A stretch of DNA of 64,000 bases from the IMG/VR virus record IMGVR_UViG_3300005973_000002; one strand, written 5' to 3'. This DNA comes from a virus. Taxonomy: Duplodnaviria > Caudoviricetes. This document shows, piece by piece, positions 39,869 through 48,933 of the stretch. The position numbers and the translations under genes were made by a program. Under the pieces are notes generated by a model. The model was not told the origin of the DNA and made no database searches. It saw only the letters and a program-made list of their open reading frames with translations. How positions within the stretch are numbered: position 1 is the first letter of the stretch; each line of letters starts with the position of its first letter.

Positions 39869-40360
39869 TTAAAACTGCAAAACTGCGTTATCGAAGCGAA
39901 TGGTCAATGAGATTTCTGCAAGGTCAGCAGTTGAATCATAGGAAACGTCGTTGAAGTTTGCTTCTGTAATGAATGCACCCTTGATGTCCCAAAGTTGAAC
40001 TACGGTACCAACTGGGTCAAGCATCTTGAGTTGGATGTCACGCTTGTAGAAATCAGCGTAACCACCACGGCCAGAAACAGATTCAAAGCAAAGACGCACC
40101 CACTCCATAACTTGCTGCGCACCAGCAGGTGCGATTGGATCGTGAAGAGTTACTGAAATTGTACTGAAGGTTGTCTTACCTGCGAGGTAACGAGTGTGGT
40201 TGATCCAGTTGACTGTAATTTCCTCTGTGGTGTATGTTGGTCTAGCTGCGGTTTTTACGATAAAGGAGTCAATGCCTTCAATAGCAAGCAAGAACCTACG
40301 TTTTGCAAGTGGTTCAAACTTAGTAGGAAGCATATCTGTTACTGTAAGTGTCTCTGCCAT
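39869..40360 (-). CDS. gp19: Tail tube protein (gp19-like)
   Basis: FEPLAKRRFLL..RYLAGK..ISVTLHDPI..QVMEW..YKRDIQLKMLDPVG..WDIKGAF pattern. Confidence 0.9.
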   Translation of the reverse strand: MAETLTVTDMLPTKFEPLAKRRFLLAIEGIDSFIVKTAARPTYTTEEITVNWINHTRYLAGKTTFSTISVTLHDPIAPAGAQQVMEWVRLCFESVSGRGGYADFYKRDIQLKMLDPVGTVVQLWDIKGAFITEANFNDVSYDSTADLAEISLTIRFDNAVLQF

Positions 40361-40475
40361 TGTTTATTCTCCGACTGTTCCTTTGCTTAAATAGTGGTTG
40401 CAACGGTTTTTTGAAGATTCGTATGAAATCCTGTAGATATAAATAGTCAAATAAAAAAGTTTATCATCGAACTCC

Positions 40476-40865
40476 ATGTCTTACTTTGTCCTAATTACGT
40501 TTATGCACGTTTTTTGTCATGGAAGAATTGGTGACGCACCAATTAAAATGCGTGTGCTTAGCACCGATGCCGAAAGAGCCTGCGGATATCAATTCGAAAA
40601 AGACATTCCAAAACCAGGCGAAGGCTTATTGTTTTTGTTTGATGAAGAATCTTCTCGCCATTTTCACATGAATAATGTAATGTTTGATTTAGATTTGCTT
40701 GGATTTGATAAAAATGGCCATTTGGTTTGTTTTATTCCCATGAAATCAGGAACACAAACACTTTACAAGACTCCCCCGGTCAAATATGTTGTAGAAACAT
40801 CAAGAGGCTGGTTAAATGGTTTGAAACCAGAAAGATGTGCTTTGAGAGTTAAAAAAGTAGTTTAA
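40476..40865 (+). CDS. DUF192 family protein
   Basis: ..ER..G.QF......EGLLFLF......FHM.NV.FDLD..F..K.YVVE pattern. Confidence 0.85.
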   Translation: MSYFVLITFMHVFCHGRIGDAPIKMRVLSTDAERACGYQFEKDIPKPGEGLLFLFDEESSRHFHMNNVMFDLDLLGFDKNGHLVCFIPMKSGTQTLYKTPPVKYVVETSRGWLNGLKPERCALRVKKVV

Positions 40866-40868
40866 TTA

Positions 40869-41714
40869 TCACAATTTTTTGCTATCCTTAACTCTTTGCT
40901 GAAGAAGATAAACATACGTCTCGTGAGTGTTGGCTGATGATGCAAGTTGATCATTCAAACCAAGCGTCATGGCATCCATTTCTTCCAAAGTTGCAAACAT
41001 TTCCTCAACAAATTTTATATAAGCTTTTTCAAGACGAAGTCCGGCTTTTGCGATATTGTGAGCACTGTCGCTTACCTTACAACCTGCTTCTTCCATTATT
41101 TCAACAGCGTTGCTTGTAATCATCAGAGGGCAAGCAAGCAATTCATCGTTGGTAACACCGACAGCTTTTTCTATGGCGCCATCAATCTCATCTTGGACTT
41201 CAGTATATATCCTTCCATAAAGGTCTTCATGGTCACCAGCGAATCCAGTGCCTTTGGTAAGATGATGAGCTGCGTGAAACCAAAGATGAATTGCTCTAAG
41301 ATAAGAAACGTATCCAGCGAGCCAGTTCTTGACATCATCGATTTCATCTCTGACATCATCTCTTTGTTGCTCCAAACTTGAGATAGGAGCAAGTCCAGAA
41401 ATTACTGGTTCAACTGGCGCATTCATATCTGCAACCATGTCAACTTGCTCATCTAATTCTTTATACGGGTTGTAGTCAAGATCAAAAGCATATGAATCAC
41501 TCTTTGGATCGTAGTCCGAACGCATCCAGGCTGGTGCCCGACGACCACCAATATATTCTTCATCATCAACAACAACAGTTCGAGGAAGTCTTGGTTCTGC
41601 TTTTGATTTTAGATCGGCCAATTCTTCTTCTTCGTCTTCACGGGAAGGCCAGCGATCTTCATATCCTTCAGTAAGAAGTCCTGCTAATTTTTTCCATCTT
41701 AGTTTATTGCTCAT
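40869..41714 (-). CDS. RWxxLAG-leader protein with C-terminal Dps/ferritin-like domain
   Basis: RWKKLAGLLTEG leader; HLWFHAAHHLTKGTGFAGDHEDLYGRIY..QDEIDGAIEK matches the Dps ferroxidase pattern. Confidence 0.75.
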   Translation of the reverse strand: MSNKLRWKKLAGLLTEGYEDRWPSREDEEEELADLKSKAEPRLPRTVVVDDEEYIGGRRAPAWMRSDYDPKSDSYAFDLDYNPYKELDEQVDMVADMNAPVEPVISGLAPISSLEQQRDDVRDEIDDVKNWLAGYVSYLRAIHLWFHAAHHLTKGTGFAGDHEDLYGRIYTEVQDEIDGAIEKAVGVTNDELLACPLMITSNAVEIMEEAGCKVSDSAHNIAKAGLRLEKAYIKFVEEMFATLEEMDAMTLGLNDQLASSANTHETYVYLLQQRVKDSKKL

Positions 41715-41720
41715 ACGTGC

Positions 41721-42974
41721 TCACCCTTCTAAGTAGTGCAAAAGCTTATCAATTGATAATGTTGACTCAATCTTAGGTTTCTTTTCCTTTTCCACTAATT
41801 CCATCACTTGATCGATAATGTTTTTCATGGCCAGCTTGCCAAGCTTAGCACCGCCTATTTCCATCATGCTTAGTTTTTCTTCAAGCCTATCTCTTCCTAC
41901 GCTACCCATCATTTTTAGAAACTTCAAGTATTTCTCTTCCATTCCTTCTCGGTTTTCAAACCTAGCTAAGGCTTTCACAAAATCTTGAAGATCTAAATTT
42001 GGGTCAGCCATGTGTATCTCTGGATCAAAGAAAGTTTCTTCTTCGTATCGATCTAAAACTCTACGTCGATTATAAACATCACGTTTTTTCAAATATTCCT
42101 TACGATCGTACTCAACCCATTGGTTACTTTCATGTTCGTAAATCCAGACCTTTGTAATTTGGGTTGGCTTTACAACTCCTATCAACAAACCTTGAGGCTC
42201 TGCGCCCGACGACAACATTGTGTGACTCATGTACGGACGAAATGAGTTAGGAAACTTTTCTTTAATCCAGTCGAATATTTCTTTACCTTTTTCCTTTTGC
42301 TGTTTACGGCCAATAAAACCACTGTAGTTAGTTCCATGGATGAACTTCGCTGGAACCTTTATTTCTATAATGGCACCACCACCAAAGTTCTTAGCAACTT
42401 CAAAATCTGGAGTAACAAACAAGCCCCTATGAACAGGCCCGCCATAATCTCTTGGTATGTCTTGGGTTGCATCAAATCCACTTAGCAAAAGAGGAAGTCT
42501 GAACTTAGGGGTCCCATGATATACCGTGATTACATCATTTGGTTCTGCTGATGCGATTTTTTCCACTTGTTCTGGAGATATGGCCTCAAGAAACATCAAA
42601 AGCTTATTGAGCTTAATGGATTCGTTTATATTATCAACCATTGACAGTACCTCAGGGTTAACTACGTAGATTTGTTGGTGGCCTCTTCGATAATCAGAAC
42701 GATCCCAAACCACATCAAAGCCTTTAGAACGAAATCTTTCATCCATCCCTTCAGCGTATCCCATAGTATCCATACTTGGAACGCCCCAAGAAAGTTCGCC
42801 AATATCAAGCCACCTAGCGTTAGGATCAATTCTAAATGCGTAAACATCGCCATGCAGCTTAGCCAAATTTTTGCTTGGTGTTAGATATATTGAACGCAAA
42901 GGTCCACTAATTCCCTTTTCCGTCCCATGATACCAGATGTTAACATTTGGTTTTATTAGATTCATTTGGTCCAA
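41721..42974 (-). CDS. Tandem ADP-ribosyltransferase-like domains
   Basis: WYHGT..IYLTP..AK.HG.VY and VYHGT..GLFVTPDFEVAKNFG.GAIIEI motifs. Confidence 0.7.
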   Translation of the reverse strand: MDQMNLIKPNVNIWYHGTEKGISGPLRSIYLTPSKNLAKLHGDVYAFRIDPNARWLDIGELSWGVPSMDTMGYAEGMDERFRSKGFDVVWDRSDYRRGHQQIYVVNPEVLSMVDNINESIKLNKLLMFLEAISPEQVEKIASAEPNDVITVYHGTPKFRLPLLLSGFDATQDIPRDYGGPVHRGLFVTPDFEVAKNFGGGAIIEIKVPAKFIHGTNYSGFIGRKQQKEKGKEIFDWIKEKFPNSFRPYMSHTMLSSGAEPQGLLIGVVKPTQITKVWIYEHESNQWVEYDRKEYLKKRDVYNRRRVLDRYEEETFFDPEIHMADPNLDLQDFVKALARFENREGMEEKYLKFLKMMGSVGRDRLEEKLSMMEIGGAKLGKLAMKNIIDQVMELVEKEKKPKIESTLSIDKLLHYLEG

Positions 42975-43013
42975 CTAGTTTTACCCGAATAATTAGCAAT
43001 CAGGAGCATAAAT

Positions 43014-43619
43014 GTGGCAAAACAAACACTGGAAGAAGAAATTAACAAGCTTGTCAAAGAAGAGATTGAAAAGAACAAGTATGGGCGTGTCTTGTCAGAG
43101 GGAATGCGATTTCATCTTGAAAATGGTATCAGTTTTTATGACAACATTTATCGTGTAAAGTCGAAAGCGTTCTTTTCCCTAATGAGGGAAATGAAAGAAC
43201 TTTACACCGAAGGCAAAATTCAACTCTCTGAACAAGAAAAAGAATTGATCGAACAAGGCGTTGGTGAGTTTGCCATCTACGAAAACAAAAAAGTTCCTCT
43301 CGGCATTCCGATGATCGAAGGAAGCGAAATGCTTGATGAGGCCGAGTATCAAGGAAAAGATGTTGAACTTGGCAAACCAAAGCGTGGTGGATCCAAAAAG
43401 TTTTATGTTTATCAAAAATGCGGGGATAAAGTCAAGAAAATCTCCTTTGGTTCACCAGATATGAGTGTGAAAGTATCAGATCCTGAACGCCGAAAATCTT
43501 TTGCCGCTAGACACAATTGTGAGGATAAAAACGATCGTTGTACCGCAGGTTACTGGTCATGTAGAATTGGTCGTTATCCGTCATTGACAGGCGCATCTAA
43601 ATCGTATCGTTGGTGGTAA
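43014..43619 (+). CDS. Conserved phage protein (LDE-AEYQG..KKFYVY..KKISFG..DPERRKSFAARHNC..YWSC)
   Basis: Motif recalled from T4-like phages; acidic leader followed by an LDE site. Confidence 0.7.
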   Translation: MAKQTLEEEINKLVKEEIEKNKYGRVLSEGMRFHLENGISFYDNIYRVKSKAFFSLMREMKELYTEGKIQLSEQEKELIEQGVGEFAIYENKKVPLGIPMIEGSEMLDEAEYQGKDVELGKPKRGGSKKFYVYQKCGDKVKKISFGSPDMSVKVSDPERRKSFAARHNCEDKNDRCTAGYWSCRIGRYPSLTGASKSYRWW

Positions 43620-43888
43620 TGTTTCCGTTCAAAGAAAAGACGTTATCAACTAATGTTGTAATCCGTGAGTTCGACCCAAATGTCGATTCGGAAGAGTTGG
43701 TTTGGCACCGAGATAAAGAAGACCGAATTGTTGAAGTAATGCAAGCTGATGACTGGTGGTTCCAATACGACAATGAAATACCCAAGCTAATGGAAGGAAC
43801 ATTGTTTATTAAATCCAAGACATGGCACAGGGTTATTAAAGGTCCAAATTGCAAGAGACCACTGGTTTTTAGAATAGAAAAGAAATAG
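43619..43888 (+). CDS. Small cupin-like protein
   Basis: WHRDKEDR...WHRVIKG His pair; ATG overlaps the upstream stop (TAATG). Confidence 0.65.
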   Translation: MFPFKEKTLSTNVVIREFDPNVDSEELVWHRDKEDRIVEVMQADDWWFQYDNEIPKLMEGTLFIKSKTWHRVIKGPNCKRPLVFRIEKK

Positions 43889-43896
43889 TTATCTCC

Positions 43897-44721
43897 ATGG
43901 GAAACGTTGAACGACTATTAAAATGGCTCCTTGAAGCCGATTATGATGAGAGGGAAAGATTCGGCTTAGACTTCGTTCTAAATGAACCAAGTAGGAAAAA
44001 AATCCCTCATGAAAAAATGAATCTTCAAAAAAACGAAAGTTATCATAATATTCTTTCTGTACTGAAAAAAGCAACCAAAGATGAAATCGACTACTGGAGC
44101 AACTGGTATCAACATGCTCATCAACACGTAAGAGAATTAGCAGAAAGATATGAGCTGCCGTTGCCAGTTACCGCTGCCGTTGTTGCCGTTCTCAGTCCGA
44201 ACCTTGGCTGGAAAGTCAATCTCTTGGCCGCACAGAGGCTAATAGAAAACTGGTTGATGCTTGAAGGCGAACGTGATTTGGGGCCACTTGAAAAAGTTCC
44301 TGCATACAAATCGAACGTTTATAAAGCTTTGAAGATCCTCGACACCGGAGATGTTGGTCTTGTTGCAGGTCCAAAGGTTTCCGTGTTTTTTCATTCTTTG
44401 TTGAATCCCGACAGAGTCGAAAGAGAGTTGGTTCTTGATGGACATGCAATCAATGTGTGGAGAGGAATTAAAACACGTCTCCAAGATCTAAGACAACCAA
44501 CAAAGGCTGAAAGAGAAGCTATCATTCATGATTACAGAAAAGTAGCAGACCTAGTTGGATTGACTCCACAAGAACTTCAAGCTGTTACTTGGTTTATCTG
44601 GAAAGCCGTAAAGAATCCACCAAACATTCATGGCAAATATCCAACGAAGAAAAAGAAGATAAATAAAAAGAAACCAAAATCAGTAGTTGAAGGACTCCTA
44701 GAGTACCTGTTTGATCAGTAA
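43897..44721 (+). CDS. Putative HhH/DNA-glycosylase-like protein
   Basis: WY..AH.....AAVVAVLSP...W..N...GPKV..F..L.NP...DGHA...QAVTW motif series, which I recall from phage helical glycosylase-like proteins. Confidence 0.5.
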   Translation: MGNVERLLKWLLEADYDERERFGLDFVLNEPSRKKIPHEKMNLQKNESYHNILSVLKKATKDEIDYWSNWYQHAHQHVRELAERYELPLPVTAAVVAVLSPNLGWKVNLLAAQRLIENWLMLEGERDLGPLEKVPAYKSNVYKALKILDTGDVGLVAGPKVSVFFHSLLNPDRVERELVLDGHAINVWRGIKTRLQDLRQPTKAEREAIIHDYRKVADLVGLTPQELQAVTWFIWKAVKNPPNIHGKYPTKKKKINKKKPKSVVEGLLEYLFDQ

Positions 44722-44725
44722 TCAA

Positions 44726-45097
44726 TTAGCCAAACACTGCTGCGTTTCTAGCTTCTTTTTTTGAATCAAACGGGCCATGTACATTAGGTCCGCCCCATTC
44801 TGACTCAGTTGAATAATACCATCCTGATGGAACTACCAGGATTTCATCACCAATCTTTAACTTAAGATCTTTAGGTAAGCGACCAACGCTTATCTGAAGT
44901 TCGTCGTATCCTTCTGTATCGGTTTCCGTTTCAAGGTCATGAAGCGAGTACACGATTTTGTCTGCTGCCTTAGATGGCAAGGATGGTAATTTGCCATGTT
45001 CGTCAAGCCAGCTTTGATACGTTTCCCCGACCATTAGACCCTCTTCATATTCTTTTATAAGCCCAGCGAGTTTCTTAAGACGTCTTTCTGTTAACAT
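44726..45097 (-). CDS. Protein with RRLKKLAGLIKE leader
   Basis: Variant of the RWxxLAG leader; SD GGAG. Confidence 0.7.
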   Translation of the reverse strand: MLTERRLKKLAGLIKEYEEGLMVGETYQSWLDEHGKLPSLPSKAADKIVYSLHDLETETDTEGYDELQISVGRLPKDLKLKIGDEILVVPSGWYYSTESEWGGPNVHGPFDSKKEARNAAVFG

Positions 45098-45191
45098 TTC
45101 TACTCCAAGTAATCATCATACTTTTTTAGTATGAAGTTTTTGTATGCTCTCTTGAGCAATGTGACACAACAATTATTGAATTCAAGCTTCG

Positions 45192-45806
45192 TTATTCGTC
45201 CAAACACGCTTCAAGTTCGGCTTGTTCAAGGACCGACAAGAGAGATTCGAGATTCAACGCTTTGTGTTCAACAACTTGCTTTTTGTTGATTAGATATTTC
45301 ATGCGCTCATATGAATCTTTGGCTGCATCTAAAAGCTGCTCGTCAGTTGTCTCTTCCTTGAATCCACCAAGTCTAAAGCCGTAATCTCTAGCCCAAGCAC
45401 GAAGAAACTCAAGAAGTTGTTGTTTGTCCAACATGACACCCTGATAAGGAATCTTTTCATGCCAATGTCGGTAGATTGAAGCAAATTGCCTCATCATTTC
45501 TTCTTGCCCGCCACTTTGAAATTCATCCTCGAAGTCAGTTTCTTTCGGCTCGTCTTCTAACTCTGATAAGGCAGTTTCCAACTGTTCTTGCTTCATTGCA
45601 AACAACACATCAAGTTCTGTAGCATTGGGATCCCCCTCTTCATATGCCTTTTGAACTTTTCTATCCAACAATTCCACTTCTTTGGCGAGCTTTTTTATAA
45701 ATGGTGGATAAGCAACCTCATCTTTTGGTTCCGTTCCGTATTCGAGTGCCTCATGTTGAGCACTGGATTCAAGAAAGGTTAATAACGATTTTAGGTTACT
45801 GTTCAC
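45192..45806 (-). CDS. Acidic helical protein with LKSLLTFLE leader
   Basis: GTG at 45806 lies 3 nt after a CTATTTATA motif. Confidence 0.65.
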   Translation of the reverse strand: MNSNLKSLLTFLESSAQHEALEYGTEPKDEVAYPPFIKKLAKEVELLDRKVQKAYEEGDPNATELDVLFAMKQEQLETALSELEDEPKETDFEDEFQSGGQEEMMRQFASIYRHWHEKIPYQGVMLDKQQLLEFLRAWARDYGFRLGGFKEETTDEQLLDAAKDSYERMKYLINKKQVVEHKALNLESLLSVLEQAELEACLDE

Positions 45807-45834
45807 TAGTATAAATAGTGACTTTAACAACGAA

Positions 45835-45855
45835 AGCCTCGTCTTTGACGAGGCT
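45835..45855 (-). terminator. Hairpin/terminator after the GIY-YIG gene
   Basis: AGCCTCGTC-TTT-GACGAGGCT. Confidence 0.55.
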
Positions 45856-45877
45856 CTAAAATCTTGTTAGTAAAAAC

Positions 45878-46771
45878 TTAGACTATCCAACCAGAAGCAC
45901 TTTTACACTTACCACTCATCATTTTTGCAAAGCTTGAATATGAAATGCCACGCTCACGGCAATCAGCTTTGGCATTCTCACCAACCACAAACATCTCACC
46001 AGACACCTTGTTCTTCAAGACAACACCAGCATATTTACCACCCGCTATCTTGGCTCTATGTTCATCCGACAAAGGTTTTCTTTTTTCACCCTTGCGTTCC
46101 ACGTAAGTCGGTTCTTCCGTGCCAAGAAACCAACCGCCTGAAGATTTAGTCTTGCCTTTGAGCATTAAATGAAATGACTTATAAGAGAGATTTCTTTCTT
46201 GGCACCAAGACCTGACAGAACCTTCAATGGTAACAGTTTCACCAGTCTTTTTATTGGTGACGGTTACATCAGCAGAATGGTTATCCCAACGCTTTTGAGC
46301 GTTCTTGAGAGCTTCTTCTTTTTTCTTTGGTGTGTTCCACGTCTTTTTGTTTTTCTTGCTTACAATAGCACACACTTCTGGCGTTCGTGATGTTACTCGC
46401 CCGTCTGTTTCTGGGTTAAATGGACGAACATTTTTGCTACCTTCTCTACTTTCTGCTTTTGGACAAAGGTTGTAACATTCGTTTCCTCCATCAAAAAATT
46501 TATCAAGGTAAGCCTGTTCTTTAGCGAGTTGTTCTTCCCTGGCTCCATCTACTGTTTCTATTGCTTCAAATATAAATGCATCTTCGCCACATTTGTTATA
46601 ATCTCTTTGTAAAAACAAATTCGCATGCCTATTTCTGCGCAAATCGTCCCGATGAGAATAAGCTCGTTCTTTTAAACGAGAAGCGGATCCATAATAATAA
46701 CGTCCATTTTTTGTATTAGTAATTTTATAAATACCACGCTTATTTGCATATCCGTGTAAAAATATTTTCAT
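45878..46771 (-). mobile_element. Intact free-standing GIY-YIG homing endonuclease
   Basis: RGIYKITN..YYYGSA..R..H..L..N.H.N..LQ..YNK.G..F..E motif; C-terminal repeated DNA-binding modules. Confidence 0.88.
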
Positions 46772-46895
46772 TACTGCCTTCCACTCTATACTATAGAATA
46801 GGGCGCATAGGGCAGGATATATACCCCCATATCTAACACAGTAACAATATCAAAAATAGCGGGTGGGCCTTGAAAACACAAGGGAATTTTAAAAG

Positions 46896-46925
46896 AAAAA
46901 AGCGACCAACAAGTGGTCGCTTTTT
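46896..46925. terminator. Bidirectional terminator downstream of the capsid gene
   Basis: AAAAAAGCGACCA-ACAAG-TGGTCGCTTTTT. Confidence 0.85.
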
Positions 46926-46955
46926 CGTTTTTTTGCCGGCGAGGGCAGGAATAAT

Positions 46956-48878
46956 TTAAATTATACCCATGTCAAGAACAGTTACGGTTGCGTAGAAGTC
47001 ATTTCTGACCATCTTCTTACCGTATCGGGTCATGACGCCCTTACGTGGAGTAAAGTCTTCCTGAGCGTAGATAACTGGAGTAAGGATAAGTGGCACGTAT
47101 GGTGCGTAGATGAATCCTGACTCAAGGAAGGTGTTACCCTTCAATCCGATCAAGAGCTTGTTGCTTGGGAAATATGGGTCTTTGTAGACCGTGTAACGGT
47201 TGTTCAAAGTACCAACTGCCTCTGCTCCGATTACCATGTTGTCACGAACCTGACCGTCAGCATCTACTCTGTAGGAAGGCTTGTAGGCAACAAGGTGCTC
47301 AAGGATGGTGCAGACATCTGGGGAAGTAACAATGAAGTTACCGGAACCACGGAGTGTCTTACGGTGAATGGTGTTTGCTGCGTCCGTAACAGTCTCAAGG
47401 AGGGTCTGGTACCACTCTTGAATGTTTACGAATGCCATTGGGCCTGGAGAAAGCGTGCTGCTCTGGAGAGCCTCTGCGCCGGTGAACTTGTTGACAAGCT
47501 TACCTGGTGCTCGGGACCAGTAGAGGTTTGCTGCTCCTGCCTGGGTGAGAAGGTCGTTCAAGATTTCACGGTCAATGTCAAGCGTAATCATCTCGGAGAG
47601 AATGTTTGTAAGCTCAACTTCTACATCGATTGAGTAGAATGCTGTGAGATCCTGAGCCATTTCTGGCGACCAACGAGCCCTGAGCTTACGGGTTTGTGCC
47701 GTAACGCTGGTGGACTCAATGCGGATGTCAACCTCTGGGATACGTGGGCTTGCGTCGACTGCGAAGTCAGACTCGAAGCTTGGAATCGTAAGAGTTGAAC
47801 CGTCAGAGTTTACGCTGAGTGCGTCTGCGATAGCTGCCGAAGCAGTTACTGCATTACCGACAGCTCCATCAGGTGCTGGTGCGGTACCTGCATTTGCAAG
47901 ACGAACTACGTGAAGCACGTGTGAACCGTTAAGCGGATCTGGTGTGAAGATACCAGTTGCTGAGTTCCAGTTACCACGCTGGTTCATCTGACGAAGGTTA
48001 AGCACGCCTCGACCACCTTGATACTTCTCTCCCCACTCAACAGCAGAGTTGGTTGCTGCACCGAAACCGGTGAGTGCAATCTGGTTGAGGTTGTTGAGGT
48101 CAGCACCGTTGATCTTGTCGGTAAACTCAGATGCGCTGACAAACACGAAGCAGTAATCAAGTACGCCATCGGTAAGGTCGTTTTCAACACGAGTATCGTA
48201 CATGACGAAACGTGCGTTGAGACCTTCGAAGTCATCAGCGGTGTCTACTGTGCCACCTGGGGTCCAAATGGAGCCAGATGCCCAGTAACCAACAGAGTCG
48301 GTTGAACCAGAAAGGAAACGGCTCTGCTTGTGAACCTTGGAGTAACCATGACCTACAAGGTCATACTGTCCACCGGTTGCAAGAGAACCAGAACGTACGC
48401 CAACACCACGTGGGTTGTTGTATACGGAATCCTGGCTGGTGTAAGTTGATGGATCTACAACGCTAGTTGTTGCAAACTGGTTAGCTGCGGTTCCTGCGTC
48501 ACCACCAACCGAGCTGCCGTAAGTGTAATCGAGGTAGAAAAGAAGACCGGTTGGAAGGCTCATTGGCTGAACCGACACGATCTCGTTTGAAATCAAACCT
48601 GCGAAAACACGGCGAACGATTGGGAATGCAACGTTTGTGAAACCTGCAATCTTCCCGCTTGAGGTCAAAGAAGCACCACCAAGGGACAAAGCGTTGGTTT
48701 CCTTGAGAAGCTCAGCTGCCTGGTTCTCAAGAAGACGTGCCATGCCATCTCGGTTCATGCCTTTTAGGCCCTCAAGAAGACCAGTTGCTCCCCACTTCTT
48801 TACGAGTCGTGGTGAGTCTGCACCAAGCGAGCGACGGTGTACGCCTTCTGCGAGTTGCTCTAAAGTGAAAGTCTTCAT
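46956..48878 (-). CDS. gp23: Major capsid protein (T4 gp23 family) with large insertion
   Basis: AFPIVRRVF..IVSVQPM..PTGL.FYL; AQTRKLRARWSPEMAQDL..E..LDIDREIL; RKTLRG.GNF; GFIYAPYVPL; F.PRKGVMTRYG motifs. Confidence 0.97.
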   Translation of the reverse strand: MKTFTLEQLAEGVHRRSLGADSPRLVKKWGATGLLEGLKGMNRDGMARLLENQAAELLKETNALSLGGASLTSSGKIAGFTNVAFPIVRRVFAGLISNEIVSVQPMSLPTGLLFYLDYTYGSSVGGDAGTAANQFATTSVVDPSTYTSQDSVYNNPRGVGVRSGSLATGGQYDLVGHGYSKVHKQSRFLSGSTDSVGYWASGSIWTPGGTVDTADDFEGLNARFVMYDTRVENDLTDGVLDYCFVFVSASEFTDKINGADLNNLNQIALTGFGAATNSAVEWGEKYQGGRGVLNLRQMNQRGNWNSATGIFTPDPLNGSHVLHVVRLANAGTAPAPDGAVGNAVTASAAIADALSVNSDGSTLTIPSFESDFAVDASPRIPEVDIRIESTSVTAQTRKLRARWSPEMAQDLTAFYSIDVEVELTNILSEMITLDIDREILNDLLTQAGAANLYWSRAPGKLVNKFTGAEALQSSTLSPGPMAFVNIQEWYQTLLETVTDAANTIHRKTLRGSGNFIVTSPDVCTILEHLVAYKPSYRVDADGQVRDNMVIGAEAVGTLNNRYTVYKDPYFPSNKLLIGLKGNTFLESGFIYAPYVPLILTPVIYAQEDFTPRKGVMTRYGKKMVRNDFYATVTVLDMGII

Positions 48879-48933
48879 GGTATTCTCCTCAAATCTCCTG
48901 TTTCTAAGTATGTGTTAAAATATCTATTTTCCG

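Noticed and set aside
45100-45207. 35-aa GTG ORF, or -1 extension of the 45192 gene
   Set aside because: No clear SD, motif or paralog support.
47700-48500. Intein or intron explaining the extra length of the capsid protein
   Set aside because: No C/S...HN splice motifs, no endonuclease motif and no frame break.
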